A stretch of DNA of 62,607 bases, the filler included. It is 4 parts of 4 records of this genome, joined end to end, with 100 filler letters (N's around TTAATTAATTAA, not from the genome) between each part and the next. Parts side by side here need not be neighbours in the genome. Positions count along the whole stretch, not along the records: positions 25,786 to 56,607 come from SRR31156797_1850; 3 more parts are not named here. The stretch is one strand, 5' to 3'. The position numbers were made by a program, and so were the translations under genes. The notes beneath the pieces were generated by a model. The model was not told where the DNA came from. It saw only the letters and a list, made by a program, of their open reading frames with translations, and made no database searches. Positions 46,438-56,607 of this stretch are shown piece by piece (positions within the stretch are counted from its first letter, which is position 1; each line of letters begins with the position of its first letter).

Positions 46438-47679
46438 ATGAACCATGAATTTTTCAATATTATCAGCAGGGTTGAATTTGAAGCCCTGCTGAATTCTTTT
46501 GCAGCGGTGGACACTGAAAAGGTTTCCATTTCCGATTCCTGCGGACTGGTACTTGGTGAAAATATTATCTCACCGGAGGACCTGCCCCCTGCGAATCGCT
46601 CCTGCATGGATGGTTATGCTGTAAACGCCCGTGATGCTTTCGGGGCAACCGAAGGCAATCCAGCTTATCTGGAGTGCTCCGCCATCCTCAAGGTTGATGA
46701 AAATCCTGATTTTGAACTCCAGCCCGGAGAATGCGCGGCCATCCCCACCGGGGGAACTTTACCTGACGGGGCCGATGCCGTGGTCATGGTTGAACATACT
46801 CAGGAACTGGGAGCCGGAACCATTGAAATCCGCAAATCATCTGCTCCGGGCGAACACACTATGCTCAAGGGCGAAGATGCCGCCAAGGGAGATGTCATTT
46901 TTCAGGCCGGACACAAGGTCCGCTTTCAAGATATAGGATTACTGGCTGCGCTGGGTATCAAGGAAGTTTCCATCCACCGCAAACCGCGCGTAGGTATCAT
47001 CTCCACCGGGGATGAACTGGTTAAAATAGATTCCCCGCAAAAAGTCGGCACCATCCGCGATGTAAATTCGCACACCTTGCGCTGCCTTGTTAATGAAGCG
47101 GGCGCGGAAGCAGTGAGCTATGGTATTGTTCGCGATGAGCTGGAAAAGCTTGAGGATACACTTGCAAAAGCCATTTCCGAAAACGACTTAGTACTCCTTT
47201 CCGGAGGAAGCTCAGTGGGTATGCGCGATTTGACAGTTCAAGCCATTGAATCCATGCATGATTCCGAAATCCTCGCCCACGGAGTGGCCATCAGCCCCGG
47301 CAAACCTACCATCCTCGGACGGGCAGGAAGTAAGCCGGTATTGGGACTGCCCGGACAGGTAACCTCAGTACAAGTAGTCATGCTTTCACTGGTTGTGCCT
47401 TTCATCCGCCAACTCATGGGCCAAAAGGATGCATTTTCAACATCCGGGCGGCCAATGATTCAAGCCGAGCTGGGCCGCAACACCGTTTCCAAGCCGGGGC
47501 GCGAAGATTACGTGCGCATGAAACTGACCAACCGCGAAGACGGCTTACCTTTAGCCGAACCCATTTACGGAAAATCCGGCCTGCTTAGGACTATGATTCA
47601 GGCTGACGGATTGATGATCATCCCTGCTGACACCGAAGGTTTCTACGCCGGAAATACTGTTAACATCTGGAAAATTTAA
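46438..47679 (+). CDS. moeA: molybdopterin molybdotransferase
   Basis: SCMDGYAV, STGDEL, SGGSSVG, PGKP, LPG. Confidence 0.93.
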   Translation: MNHEFFNIISRVEFEALLNSFAAVDTEKVSISDSCGLVLGENIISPEDLPPANRSCMDGYAVNARDAFGATEGNPAYLECSAILKVDENPDFELQPGECAAIPTGGTLPDGADAVVMVEHTQELGAGTIEIRKSSAPGEHTMLKGEDAAKGDVIFQAGHKVRFQDIGLLAALGIKEVSIHRKPRVGIISTGDELVKIDSPQKVGTIRDVNSHTLRCLVNEAGAEAVSYGIVRDELEKLEDTLAKAISENDLVLLSGGSSVGMRDLTVQAIESMHDSEILAHGVAISPGKPTILGRAGSKPVLGLPGQVTSVQVVMLSLVVPFIRQLMGQKDAFSTSGRPMIQAELGRNTVSKPGREDYVRMKLTNREDGLPLAEPIYGKSGLLRTMIQADGLMIIPADTEGFYAGNTVNIWKI

Positions 47680-47691
47680 AAGAGCAAAGCA

Positions 47692-49623
47692 ATGAGTCGC
47701 AACATCTACCTCAAAACCATCCCCGTTCCCGAAGCCGTGAAGACAGCCATGGCTGCCCTTGACCGCGAAACATTGGTCCAAACCGAAACCATCCCGGTTC
47801 ACGAAGCTCTTGGACGTGTAACAGCCAAAGCCGTTATCGCCCGCTGTTCCTCCCCCACCTATCATTCCGCTGCCATGGACGGTTACGCTGTCAAGAGCGA
47901 CACAACTTTCACCGCCCGAGAGGGCCAGCCCCTGCTGCTGAAAAAAGAAGAAGGATGCATTGCGGTCAACACCGGAAATCCCCTACCTGATGACATGGAC
48001 GCCATCATCATGATTGAGCATGTGGTGGATGAAGGCGAGGACATTTCCATCGAAGCCCCGGCTTTTCCATGGCAGCATGTCCGCCGCATAGGTGAAGACA
48101 TTGTTGCTACAGAGATGCTGCTTCCCCGCAAACATACAATTTCAGCTTTCGATATGGGCGCACTGCTTTCCGCCGGGATCTACGAGGTCAAGGTCTATGA
48201 AAAAATCCGCATGACCTTCATCCCCACCGGGGACGAAGTACTGCCCTTTGTGGATCGTCCCACCCCCAAACCGGGTGAGGTAATAGAATCCAACTCACAG
48301 GTATTCAAATCCTTGGCTGCCGGACTGGATGTGGAATTCAACTTCACCGCTCCAGTTAAAGACCGTGAAGAGAAACTAACCGCAGCAGTGGAAAAAGCAC
48401 TCAAGAATTCACACATTGTGGTGGTCGGAGCCGGGTCCTCGGCGGGTAGCAAAGATTTCACGCGCATTGTTTTTGAAAAGTTGGGCCAACTGCTGGTTCA
48501 CGGCATCGCCGTTATGCCCGGTAAGCCTACTGTTCTGGGAACCGCACAAGGCAAACTGCTGGTGGGCGCACCGGGCTATCCGGTCAGCGCAGTAGTCTGC
48601 TTTGAAGACGTACTCACCCCGATTATTTCATGGCTGGCGGGTAAACATGAACCGCAACGCGACAAGGTGCAGGTCCGTCTGGCCCGCCGCACTCCTTCCA
48701 AGCCCGGACAGGAAGAGATCGTCCGTCTGGCTGTGGGACAGGTTGGCGATGAATATATCGGCGTGCCCCTTTCACGCGGCGCAGGCATGATTACCACCCT
48801 TACCAAAGCGCAGGGCTTCACCCGCGTTCCTACGGAAAGTGAAGGAGTCGAGCTTAATGACACCGTAGATGTAGAACTTTTATCCAGCCGCACCGAACTG
48901 GATAAGGTGCTCATGCATGTGGGCAGTCATGACAACACCATCGACATGCTTGCCGACATGCTCATGGGCGGAGACAGCCCGCTGCGTCTGGTCTCGACCC
49001 ATGCCGGGTCCATGGGCGGTTTAACCGCGCTGAAGAATGACATGACCCTTTTTGCCGGAGCGCACCTTTTCGATCCGGAAACCGCTGATTTCAATTTCCC
49101 GTTCATCGAAAGATACCTGCCCGGAATGGAAGTAACCGTGGTCAACCTCGCCATCCGCCATCAGGGTTTTATCGTACCTAAAAGCAATCCCCAAAACATC
49201 GCTAGCATTGAGTCGCTAGGCGGTTTAAACATCAATTTCATCAACCGCCAGCGTGGAGCCGGGACCAGAATCCTTTTCGACTACCATATGAAAAAAGCAG
49301 GCCTGAAACCGATGGATATCCTCGGCTATGACCGCGAAGAATTCACCCATATGGCCGTGGCCGCCAATGTGCTTACCGGAGCCGCAGATTGCGGACTGGG
49401 CATCTTTGCAGCAGCCAAGGCACTGGACCTTGATTTCGTACCGCTGGCCCATGAACGGTATGATCTGATAATCCCGCAAAAACATATGGATGACAGCAGG
49501 ATAAAAACACTGCTCGAACTCATAAAATCTGATAAGGTCAAGCAGGCTATCAGCGAACTGGGTGGTTATGAAACAGATCTTACCGGACAGAAAATGAAAC
49601 CGGGAGTAGGTCTGGGATACTAA
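47692..49623 (+). CDS. moeA: MoeA fused to a periplasmic-binding-like (PBP) domain
   Basis: AAMDGYAV, PTGDE, GSSAGSKD; C-terminal GSHD, GSMGGL, INRQRGAGTR, ERYDL. Confidence 0.9.
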   Translation: MSRNIYLKTIPVPEAVKTAMAALDRETLVQTETIPVHEALGRVTAKAVIARCSSPTYHSAAMDGYAVKSDTTFTAREGQPLLLKKEEGCIAVNTGNPLPDDMDAIIMIEHVVDEGEDISIEAPAFPWQHVRRIGEDIVATEMLLPRKHTISAFDMGALLSAGIYEVKVYEKIRMTFIPTGDEVLPFVDRPTPKPGEVIESNSQVFKSLAAGLDVEFNFTAPVKDREEKLTAAVEKALKNSHIVVVGAGSSAGSKDFTRIVFEKLGQLLVHGIAVMPGKPTVLGTAQGKLLVGAPGYPVSAVVCFEDVLTPIISWLAGKHEPQRDKVQVRLARRTPSKPGQEEIVRLAVGQVGDEYIGVPLSRGAGMITTLTKAQGFTRVPTESEGVELNDTVDVELLSSRTELDKVLMHVGSHDNTIDMLADMLMGGDSPLRLVSTHAGSMGGLTALKNDMTLFAGAHLFDPETADFNFPFIERYLPGMEVTVVNLAIRHQGFIVPKSNPQNIASIESLGGLNINFINRQRGAGTRILFDYHMKKAGLKPMDILGYDREEFTHMAVAANVLTGAADCGLGIFAAAKALDLDFVPLAHERYDLIIPQKHMDDSRIKTLLELIKSDKVKQAISELGGYETDLTGQKMKPGVGLGY

Positions 49624-49646
49624 TACAACATCTTGCCGGAGGGGGT

Positions 49647-50132
49647 ATGAACAAGGACAAAGAGCACATAGTCAGGCAGAAATGCCGCGAAAATGTAGTC
49701 GGCTTTGCCCCGTTCCGCTACCGCTTCGGCAAAGGCAGCTTCATCCGAGAAGGTCTGCTCAATATCGGTAAATTCGAGGACAAAGAAGGCGGCCACCTTG
49801 TGCTGACCTTCATCTTCGATTCCGACTCAATCATGACCGATAACGACATCTTGGATCGCATGGCACGGCTGGACTTCAGCCCCATGGCCCGCAAAGGATT
49901 ACTCACCGCATTACGCAATTCAGCTGAATTCGAGCAGAACGAAAATTTCGCCATGCATGAATTCAGCTTTTATTTTGATAAAATGCCCGCCGACATTCCC
50001 AACTTGATCAATCATTGCTTCATCCCCTTCTTTCTCGAGCACCTCTACATGCGTATCGGGGATGTTGAGTGGATGGAAGATGAGAAAATCAGGGGGTTAT
50101 TTTGCAGGGTGAAAAGTAATCTTTTTGGCTAG
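49647..50132 (+). CDS. hypothetical protein
   Basis: 161-aa ORF with RBS GGAGGG; no motif recognised. Confidence 0.7.
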   Translation: MNKDKEHIVRQKCRENVVGFAPFRYRFGKGSFIREGLLNIGKFEDKEGGHLVLTFIFDSDSIMTDNDILDRMARLDFSPMARKGLLTALRNSAEFEQNENFAMHEFSFYFDKMPADIPNLINHCFIPFFLEHLYMRIGDVEWMEDEKIRGLFCRVKSNLFG

Positions 50133-50143
50133 GAGTTAAACAT

Positions 50144-51253
50144 ATGGACCGCAGAAAATTTCTCAAACTTACTTCCGCCGGTGCTGTGGCTGTTTCGACA
50201 CAGGGAATATTCACTCTAACCGGATGCAATAAACAGAAAAAAAAGAAAACCACCAAGGAAATCGGATGGTTCATGACCGGGCCACCTAAGTACACTGTAG
50301 CTGATGCCCATTTCCATTATGTGGACTTCCTGCAGCAAACTGAAGGTACGGCAAATTTGATCAAGGCCATGAATGCTAACGGCGTGGAGCACATCATGTT
50401 TTCCGGCATGCCGCTGGTCAAGAAATGGGATAAAGACGAACCTGAGGCTCCCAAATACTACATGGAAGATAATTGCCGAGTTTACTGGTATTCAGCCACG
50501 GATTTTCTTGTTGCCCAAGCAATTCTGCAGTTACCTGAAAATGAACGCTACCGCTTTCATCCCTATATCTGTGCCTTCAATCCCACTGACAAATACGCCG
50601 TTGATCATATCAAACGTATGATCGACCAGTATGGCGACTTATGGGAAGGAATCGGTGAAATCTTCGGACACCGCGACGACCTGACCAACCTGACCTACGG
50701 TGAGACTGCCCGGGCTAACCATGTAGCCTTGGACCCGGTTTACGATCTGGCCGCAGAAAAAGATCTTCCGGTATCGCTGCACAACAACTGCACCTCTAGA
50801 ATTAAGCTGGACAACCCCATGTATATTTATGAGGTGGAAGATGCACTGGCTAAACACCCGGACACCCGCATTGTATGGGCCCATGCAGGGCTCAGCCGTT
50901 ATCTGGACGTTGATCCTGTAAAATATACCGACCTGCTCGGAGAAATGATGGTCCGCCACGACAATCTCTGGATAGATCTTTCATGGATCATCTATGAGGA
51001 CAACATCACTTCCGGCAAGCCGAAATATGATGTCAAAGATTGCTGGCTAAAGTTGGTAAAAAACTTTTCGGACAGATTTATGATCGGCTCTGATGCTGTG
51101 GGCAAATATGAAAATTACGGATTCAACATCAGGAAATATTATACCCTACTTGATGAATTGCCGGAAAAGATGGCCCGCAAGGTTGCCAAAGACAACTATA
51201 TCTCGGTACTCCCCAAAAGAGTACGCAAAAAACTGGCTGCAAGGCCCGCATAA
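50144..51253 (+). CDS. Tat-exported amidohydrolase-family lipoprotein
   Basis: DRRKFLK Tat motif, LTGC lipobox, DAHFH, GIGE, WAHAG, IGSD. Confidence 0.8.
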   Translation: MDRRKFLKLTSAGAVAVSTQGIFTLTGCNKQKKKKTTKEIGWFMTGPPKYTVADAHFHYVDFLQQTEGTANLIKAMNANGVEHIMFSGMPLVKKWDKDEPEAPKYYMEDNCRVYWYSATDFLVAQAILQLPENERYRFHPYICAFNPTDKYAVDHIKRMIDQYGDLWEGIGEIFGHRDDLTNLTYGETARANHVALDPVYDLAAEKDLPVSLHNNCTSRIKLDNPMYIYEVEDALAKHPDTRIVWAHAGLSRYLDVDPVKYTDLLGEMMVRHDNLWIDLSWIIYEDNITSGKPKYDVKDCWLKLVKNFSDRFMIGSDAVGKYENYGFNIRKYYTLLDELPEKMARKVAKDNYISVLPKRVRKKLAARPA

Positions 51254-51277
51254 TCAATAGTTTTCAGGAGAAACAAA

Positions 51278-51472
51278 ATGCCCATAATAAAAGTTGAAAT
51301 GTTCGAAGGCAGAACCCTTGAGCAGAAGAAAGAAATCGTAGAAGTCTTCTCAAAAGAAATGGCGCGCATCACCGGATGCAGCGTGGAGTCTATTTACGTT
51401 GTCATTGATGAGGTGAAAAAAGAAAACTGGGGTGCCGGAGGGGAGCTTTGTTCGGAGAAATTTCCGGATTAG
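51278..51472 (+). CDS. 4-oxalocrotonate tautomerase family protein
   Basis: N-terminal Pro (MPII), GRTLEQK, NWGAGG. Confidence 0.92.
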   Translation: MPIIKVEMFEGRTLEQKKEIVEVFSKEMARITGCSVESIYVVIDEVKKENWGAGGELCSEKFPD

Positions 51473-51505
51473 AAAATATTTTCTCACACCAAAATTCAAG
51501 ACAAA

Positions 51506-51532
51506 GCCCCGGCAGGATAATCCCGCCGGGGC
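51506..51532. terminator. hairpin between convergent genes
   Basis: GCCCCGGC...GCCGGGGC; second hairpin ATCGGGAC-AAAG-GTCCCGAT at 51551-51570. Confidence 0.55.
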
Positions 51533-51599
51533 CAATTTTATATAAGAATGATCGGGACAAAGGTCCCGATTGTTTACTTCATAAATCCAAGTCCCACCC

Positions 51600-52043
51600 C
51601 TATTCCAGATACGTCTTCCGCCCCCTGAAAAAGGCATACATGGCCACCATGCCCAGCAGCATTGCGAACCCCAGATGAGTCCAGTCAATAAGCATTACTG
51701 TGAACGGATCAAAGGTCACCGAATGCAGGTTCTTGACCACCCGCAATGCTCCGGTGCCGAGGACTGCCCCGTAGAGGACAACGCGCAACATACCGGATGG
51801 CGACAACTTGAACCGATGCTTTCCGGCCATGATGAACATGGTCAGCAGGTACAGGGCCGTGAAGAGTAGTACGGCCCCAAATACATAATGAAGCTTATTG
51901 GTCAGATAAAAATCATTCAGCCAGCCCAAGCCCGGAATATCCGAGATATAGTAACGTTTGAATATGGGCATTTGAGCTGCTCCGGTCAGGGCCAGAGCGA
52001 AAATGGTCCACTTGAAAATACAGGCAAAAATACGGCTAGTCAT
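51600..52043 (-). CDS. 4-TM membrane partner of the Fe-S protein, cytochrome b-like
   Basis: TGAAQMPIFKRYY, His in TM segments (KLHY, WTHLG); start overlaps the upstream gene stop. Confidence 0.7.
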   Translation of the reverse strand: MTSRIFACIFKWTIFALALTGAAQMPIFKRYYISDIPGLGWLNDFYLTNKLHYVFGAVLLFTALYLLTMFIMAGKHRFKLSPSGMLRVVLYGAVLGTGALRVVKNLHSVTFDPFTVMLIDWTHLGFAMLLGMVAMYAFFRGRKTYLE

Positions 52044-53031
52044 TGTCCTTACCTCCTGCTGCGGAAGCAAGAAACTTTCCGGCCTTGCCCAGACCGGCCA
52101 CCAGTCCGGCAGCTATTCCGGCAAAGGGTGCTATCCCCACTGCATAAGCCAGCTTTTCTTCATCAGCCATGGAGTCTTCCACTCGATCAAGTCCGGGCTT
52201 TCCGGGTCCCGTTTCAACGGCCTCATTGAGCAACTCGAACGGTACAGGGGAAAGGTAGATGGTATTAGTACCACCGTTTTCATCCTCACCGTAGATGAAC
52301 CAGTTATTCTGCTTGGCGAGTTCGTGAGCCTTTTTGAGAATTTCACTGCGCGGTCCAATGGTCTGCACATCTTCGGGACAGGCTTCAATACAGGCCGGAA
52401 GCTCGCCCTGACCAATGCGATTGTAGCAACGATCGCACTTGTACATGACTCCGTTCCCGGCAAACTTGGGCATGAGCCGCAGATACAAGCCCACCCCGGT
52501 CTGACGCTGAGGGATGTGCCACGGGCAAACCGTGCGGCACTTGGCCCCGCCAAGGCAGACATCCTCATTGATGCGCACGATGCCGTTCTTCTGCTTTCCA
52601 GCCGCACCCCAAGGACATAGATTGGCGCAAGGAGCATTGCGGCAGTGCAAACAGCGACGGGGGATGTTTACTTCATGGATTTTACCTTCGAACTCCACTT
52701 CCGCGGTCTGGATGTAGAGCCAGTTGTAGGGAGTCAGACGATCATCAACGTCTCTGCGATCCGACCAATCCTCGACCTTCACCCGTGATGTGGGATACAT
52801 TTCAGGGTAAGGCTTTTTGGGTTCTGGAAACTTGGGTTCATTCACTTCGCGGCAGGCAGAAACGCACTCACCGCAAGCGATACACTTGGTAAGATCAAGC
52901 AAGGTACAAAGCTCTTCATCGTTAGTCCCTGCAGCCGCTACTTCACGGGCAGGCAGGAGCATGGCAGCACTTCCGGCTCCCAGCCCCTTTAAGAAATTTC
53001 TCCGGGAAATCCCATTCTTCTTATCTGTCAT
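52036..53031 (-). CDS. Tat-exported 4Fe-4S dicluster protein (FdnH/HybA-like)
   Basis: SRRNFLK; CIACGECVSAC, CLHCRNAPC..LCP, CLGGAKCRTVCP, KCDRC...PACIEACP; C-terminal TM anchor. Confidence 0.9.
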   Translation of the reverse strand: MTDKKNGISRRNFLKGLGAGSAAMLLPAREVAAAGTNDEELCTLLDLTKCIACGECVSACREVNEPKFPEPKKPYPEMYPTSRVKVEDWSDRRDVDDRLTPYNWLYIQTAEVEFEGKIHEVNIPRRCLHCRNAPCANLCPWGAAGKQKNGIVRINEDVCLGGAKCRTVCPWHIPQRQTGVGLYLRLMPKFAGNGVMYKCDRCYNRIGQGELPACIEACPEDVQTIGPRSEILKKAHELAKQNNWFIYGEDENGGTNTIYLSPVPFELLNEAVETGPGKPGLDRVEDSMADEEKLAYAVGIAPFAGIAAGLVAGLGKAGKFLASAAGGKDND

Positions 53032-53093
53032 ATATTTTCCTTTATGAACTGCAATAATTTCAGCTTCATCATGAAACGGGTTAATAAAGACAA

Positions 53094-53109
53094 AGCAGAA
53101 TCCATACCT
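53094..53109 (-). promoter_or_regulatory. sigma-54 (-24/-12) promoter of the Fe-S operon
   Basis: Minus strand AGGTATGGATTCTGCT = GG-N10-GC, close to TGGCACG-N4-TTGCT; divergent from an enhancer-binding protein gene. Confidence 0.65.
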
Positions 53110-53289
53110 ATTTTTAATATTCTGTTAATAACTACCATATTTACACTAGTTATTGCTAGTTATCCGGTAAATTTCACCTGTCTACTGTTTGCAACAGCCA
53201 ACCGACTGTTGAACATATGTGCAATCACATGTACAATTAAAGACACAAACTTGAACAGTTGAACACTTTTTTAAACACTGGACAGATCT

Positions 53290-54666
53290 ATGACTGAGCA
53301 GGATATTAATCTTTATCTTCGGGAAGTAATCGACACCATGAACGACGGGCTGATCATTGTCCGCCCGGACGGTACCATAATGATGGTCAATGACGCCCTG
53401 CTGCGCATGACCGAATTTTCCAAAGATGAATTACTGAATAAACCCTGCTCCGTGCTGGGCTGCGATGCCTGCCGGATTGTGCGTGAACAAGCTGAAGGAC
53501 ACTGGTGCGGGTTGTTTGAAAAAAAGAAGGAAAGCCGCAAGAACTGTCATATCATCGGTAAAAACGGCAATTACCTGCATGTGCTAAAAAACGCTTCCCT
53601 GCTCCGGGATGATGAGGGCAATATCCTCGGTGCGGTGGAGACGGTCACTGACATCAGCGAACTGGACCGTAAGGAACTGATCATCCGAGAACTCTCTCAA
53701 AAACTGAGGCACGAGGAAAATGGATTCTGCGGATTCGTTGGACACTCCCCTGCCATGCAGAAAATATATACCCTGCTGGGCAAAGCTGCCCGATCTGATG
53801 CCCCGGTCATCATTTATGGAGAATCAGGCACGGGTAAGGAACTGGCTGCACAGGCTATCCACGAAATGAGTCCACGCGCGGACAAACCTTTTGTGCAGCT
53901 CAATTGTGCCGCGCTTAATGAATCACTGCTGGAAAGTGAATTGTTCGGACATGTAAAAGGTGCCTTCACCGGAGCTTACCGCCACAGGCAGGGCCGATTT
54001 GAGGAAGCTGCGGACGGTTCCATATTTCTCGACGAAATCGGCGATGTTCCATTACCCATTCAAGTCAAACTGCTGCGGGTGCTGGAAACACGTTCCTTTG
54101 AACGGGTAGGGGAAAACATCAACCTGTCCATGAACGCAAGACTTATTACAGCCACCAATCAGGATCTCAACCAGCTTGTGCAGAACAAGCAATTCCGTGA
54201 AGATTTTTTCTTCCGCATCAATGTCATCCCTGTACACCTGCCGCCCTTGCGCGAACGCAAGGAGGACCTGCCCCTGCTTGTGGATCACTTCATCAACATA
54301 ATTGAACACCTTGATCATAGCGAAGGTCCGGCCCCGGAAACCATGCGTAGACTCATGGAGTACCACTGGCCCGGAAATGTGCGAGAGCTAAAAAGTGCGC
54401 TGGAATACGCCGCAGTAGTTAAAGACAGCGGCCCGATCCTGCCTGAACACCTGCCACCACAGATCAGTGCTGATACAGTCACTAGATGCCCATGCCCGGA
54501 ACAACCGGACGTAATAACCGTCCCTGACGAAAAGCAGGAACTCATCAACGCTTTGAAACAAGCCGGGGGTAACAAAAGTAAGGCCGCAAAAATTCTCGGA
54601 ATCAGCCGGGGAACCGTCCACAACCGCATACGCAAATATTCAGTCCAGTATCGGCTGGAGGGGTAA
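53290..54666 (+). CDS. PAS-domain sigma-54 enhancer-binding protein
   Basis: [35 protein letters not shown], Fis-type HTH. Confidence 0.96.
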   Translation: MTEQDINLYLREVIDTMNDGLIIVRPDGTIMMVNDALLRMTEFSKDELLNKPCSVLGCDACRIVREQAEGHWCGLFEKKKESRKNCHIIGKNGNYLHVLKNASLLRDDEGNILGAVETVTDISELDRKELIIRELSQKLRHEENGFCGFVGHSPAMQKIYTLLGKAARSDAPVIIYGESGTGKELAAQAIHEMSPRADKPFVQLNCAALNESLLESELFGHVKGAFTGAYRHRQGRFEEAADGSIFLDEIGDVPLPIQVKLLRVLETRSFERVGENINLSMNARLITATNQDLNQLVQNKQFREDFFFRINVIPVHLPPLRERKEDLPLLVDHFINIIEHLDHSEGPAPETMRRLMEYHWPGNVRELKSALEYAAVVKDSGPILPEHLPPQISADTVTRCPCPEQPDVITVPDEKQELINALKQAGGNKSKAAKILGISRGTVHNRIRKYSVQYRLEG

Positions 54667-55077
54667 TTACATACCTGAAAACATGCACTATTACTGAACT
54701 TTATACGGACCAGTGCAACATTCTAAAAAGATTATACGGTCGACACCACTGGACTTTTCGGCTGTTTTTGAGTAAATACTTTTTCAACATCGGGAAAAAG
54801 CATCCGCTAATTCCCCACAAAGCGCCGTACAACCATTTACACTGGAATGCAGTAACTCCTACCCTGCACCAGTCCGAAAGAAATCACATTTCTGCCCGCT
54901 TACATATCCGGACCAGCAAGGCATCAGCCCCTGCACCCGGACCGCAAGACCCGGCATCAGGCAGGTTTGCACTTTACTGGTTCACAGTACGCAAACCCTG
55001 CATTTGAGTGATGCTTGATTTTGCCCAGAAACAGAACTTCTCAACAGCGGCACAGACACTTAACCGGAGGACACGAC

Positions 55078-56367
55078 ATGAGCGATAAAGACATTGCGAT
55101 CCTTAAGTATGACGGCAAAGAATACCAACTGCCCGTAATCCACGGAACAGAGGGCGAAACAGGCATCGACATCACCAAACTCCGATCAGAAAGCGGCCTG
55201 ATTACCTATGACCCGGGCTACGGTAATACCGGTTCCTGCACCAGTAACATCACCTTTGTAGATGGCGAAAACGGCATTCTGCGTTATCGCGGCTATCCTA
55301 TTGAGGACCTTGCAAAACATGGTAAATTTATCGAGACCGCATGGCTGCTCATCTTCGGTGAACTTCCACTCAAGGAAGACCTTGCCCGCTTTTCCGCACT
55401 GCTTACCGCGGAAGAACTGATCCACGAGGATCTGCGCCATCACTTTGAAGGCTTCCCGGCCCATCGCAACCAGCCCATGGCTATTCTCTCCGCAGTTATC
55501 AACGCGCTTGGCAGCCACAACCCGGACCTCAACGACATCACCGACAAGTCCGAATTTTTCCTTGCCGTTGGTAAGATCATTTCCAAGGTGCGGACCATCG
55601 CGGCCTTTTCATACCGCAAATCCATCGGCCGCCCCTTTGTCTACCCGGACCCGGAACTGAGCTATTGCCACAACTTCCTGCACATGATGTTCTCCATCCC
55701 TTACAAGCAGTACGATCCGCCCATTGAAGCAGTGAAGGCTCTCTCGCTGATCTTCCAGCTGCACGCGGACCACGAGCAGAACTGCTCCACCTCCACCGTA
55801 AGGATGGTTGGTTCCACACAGGCGAATATTTTCGCATCGGTATCTTCAGGCATCTGCGCCCTTTGGGGCCCCCTACACGGCGGAGCCAATGCTGCGGTGA
55901 TCGACATGCTCGAAACCATCAACAACGGTGATTACACCATTGATGAATACATCGAGAAGGTTAAAAAGAGAGAATGCCGCCTCATGGGCTTCGGTCATCG
56001 TATCTACAAGAGCTTTGACCCGCGCGCGAAAATCCTCAAAAAAGCGACCCATGACCTGCTCCAGCACGGCTTCAGTGACGAACTGCTGGATATTGCCATG
56101 CAGCTTGAAGAGCGTGCCCTTTCCGATGATTACTTCGTCGAACGCAAGCTATACCCCAACGTGGACTTCTATTCCGGCATCATCCTGCGCGCACTGGGTA
56201 TCCCGGTTGCCATGTTCCCGGTAATGTTCGCCATCGGACGTATGCCCGGCTGGATCGCCCACTGGTACGAAGATTATACCAACCCGACATCAAGAATTAA
56301 CCGCCCGAGACAGATTTACACTGGCGAAACTCCCAGAAATTACGTACCTATAGATTTCAGGAAGTAA
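55078..56367 (+). CDS. gltA: citrate (Si)-synthase
   Basis: YDPGY.NT, LRYRGYPIE, HADHEQNCSTS, GPLHGGAN, GFGHRIYK, YPNVDFYSG; ATG 55078 after GGAGG. Confidence 0.97.
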   Translation: MSDKDIAILKYDGKEYQLPVIHGTEGETGIDITKLRSESGLITYDPGYGNTGSCTSNITFVDGENGILRYRGYPIEDLAKHGKFIETAWLLIFGELPLKEDLARFSALLTAEELIHEDLRHHFEGFPAHRNQPMAILSAVINALGSHNPDLNDITDKSEFFLAVGKIISKVRTIAAFSYRKSIGRPFVYPDPELSYCHNFLHMMFSIPYKQYDPPIEAVKALSLIFQLHADHEQNCSTSTVRMVGSTQANIFASVSSGICALWGPLHGGANAAVIDMLETINNGDYTIDEYIEKVKKRECRLMGFGHRIYKSFDPRAKILKKATHDLLQHGFSDELLDIAMQLEERALSDDYFVERKLYPNVDFYSGIILRALGIPVAMFPVMFAIGRMPGWIAHWYEDYTNPTSRINRPRQIYTGETPRNYVPIDFRK

Positions 56368-56430
56368 TTCTAGTCAATATCGGTTCGAGGCTTATCCGGC
56401 CCCGGAACGATGGATATACCTACCCGGATA

Positions 56431-56484
56431 TGCCCGTAATCCCGCCCCGCACAAGGGATGAGATTACGGGCAATACTTTTTTTT
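56431..56484 (+). terminator. intrinsic terminator after gltA
   Basis: TGCCCGTAATC...GATTACGGGCA stem followed by a T8 run. Confidence 0.7.
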
Positions 56485-56580
56485 AACGGACTGAAATTTA
56501 AATTATTTTAAAAAAACTTAAATTTATTTAAAAAAAGGCTTGCAATTCTCAGGCGATATTTATAAACAGTTCTTCGCCGT

Positions 56581-56607
56581 GCCGAAGTGGTGGAATTGGT
56601 AGACACG
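56581..56607 (+). tRNA. 5' part of a tRNA, most likely tRNA-Leu, truncated by contig end
   Basis: GCCGAAGTGGTGGAATTGGTAGACACG is an acceptor strand plus D arm typical of tRNA-Leu; anticodon not visible; AT-rich UP element and TTGCAA upstream. Confidence 0.8.

Noticed and set aside
53044-53262. 72-aa ORF in the divergent promoter region, and the 79-aa ORF at 54768-55007
   Set aside because: No RBS or motif; they overlap regulatory sequence
55015-55077. N-terminal extensions given by the ORF track for gltA (also for the helicase, nitroreductase, MFS and argS)
   Set aside because: Downstream ATGs fit the RBS position and/or family N-termini better
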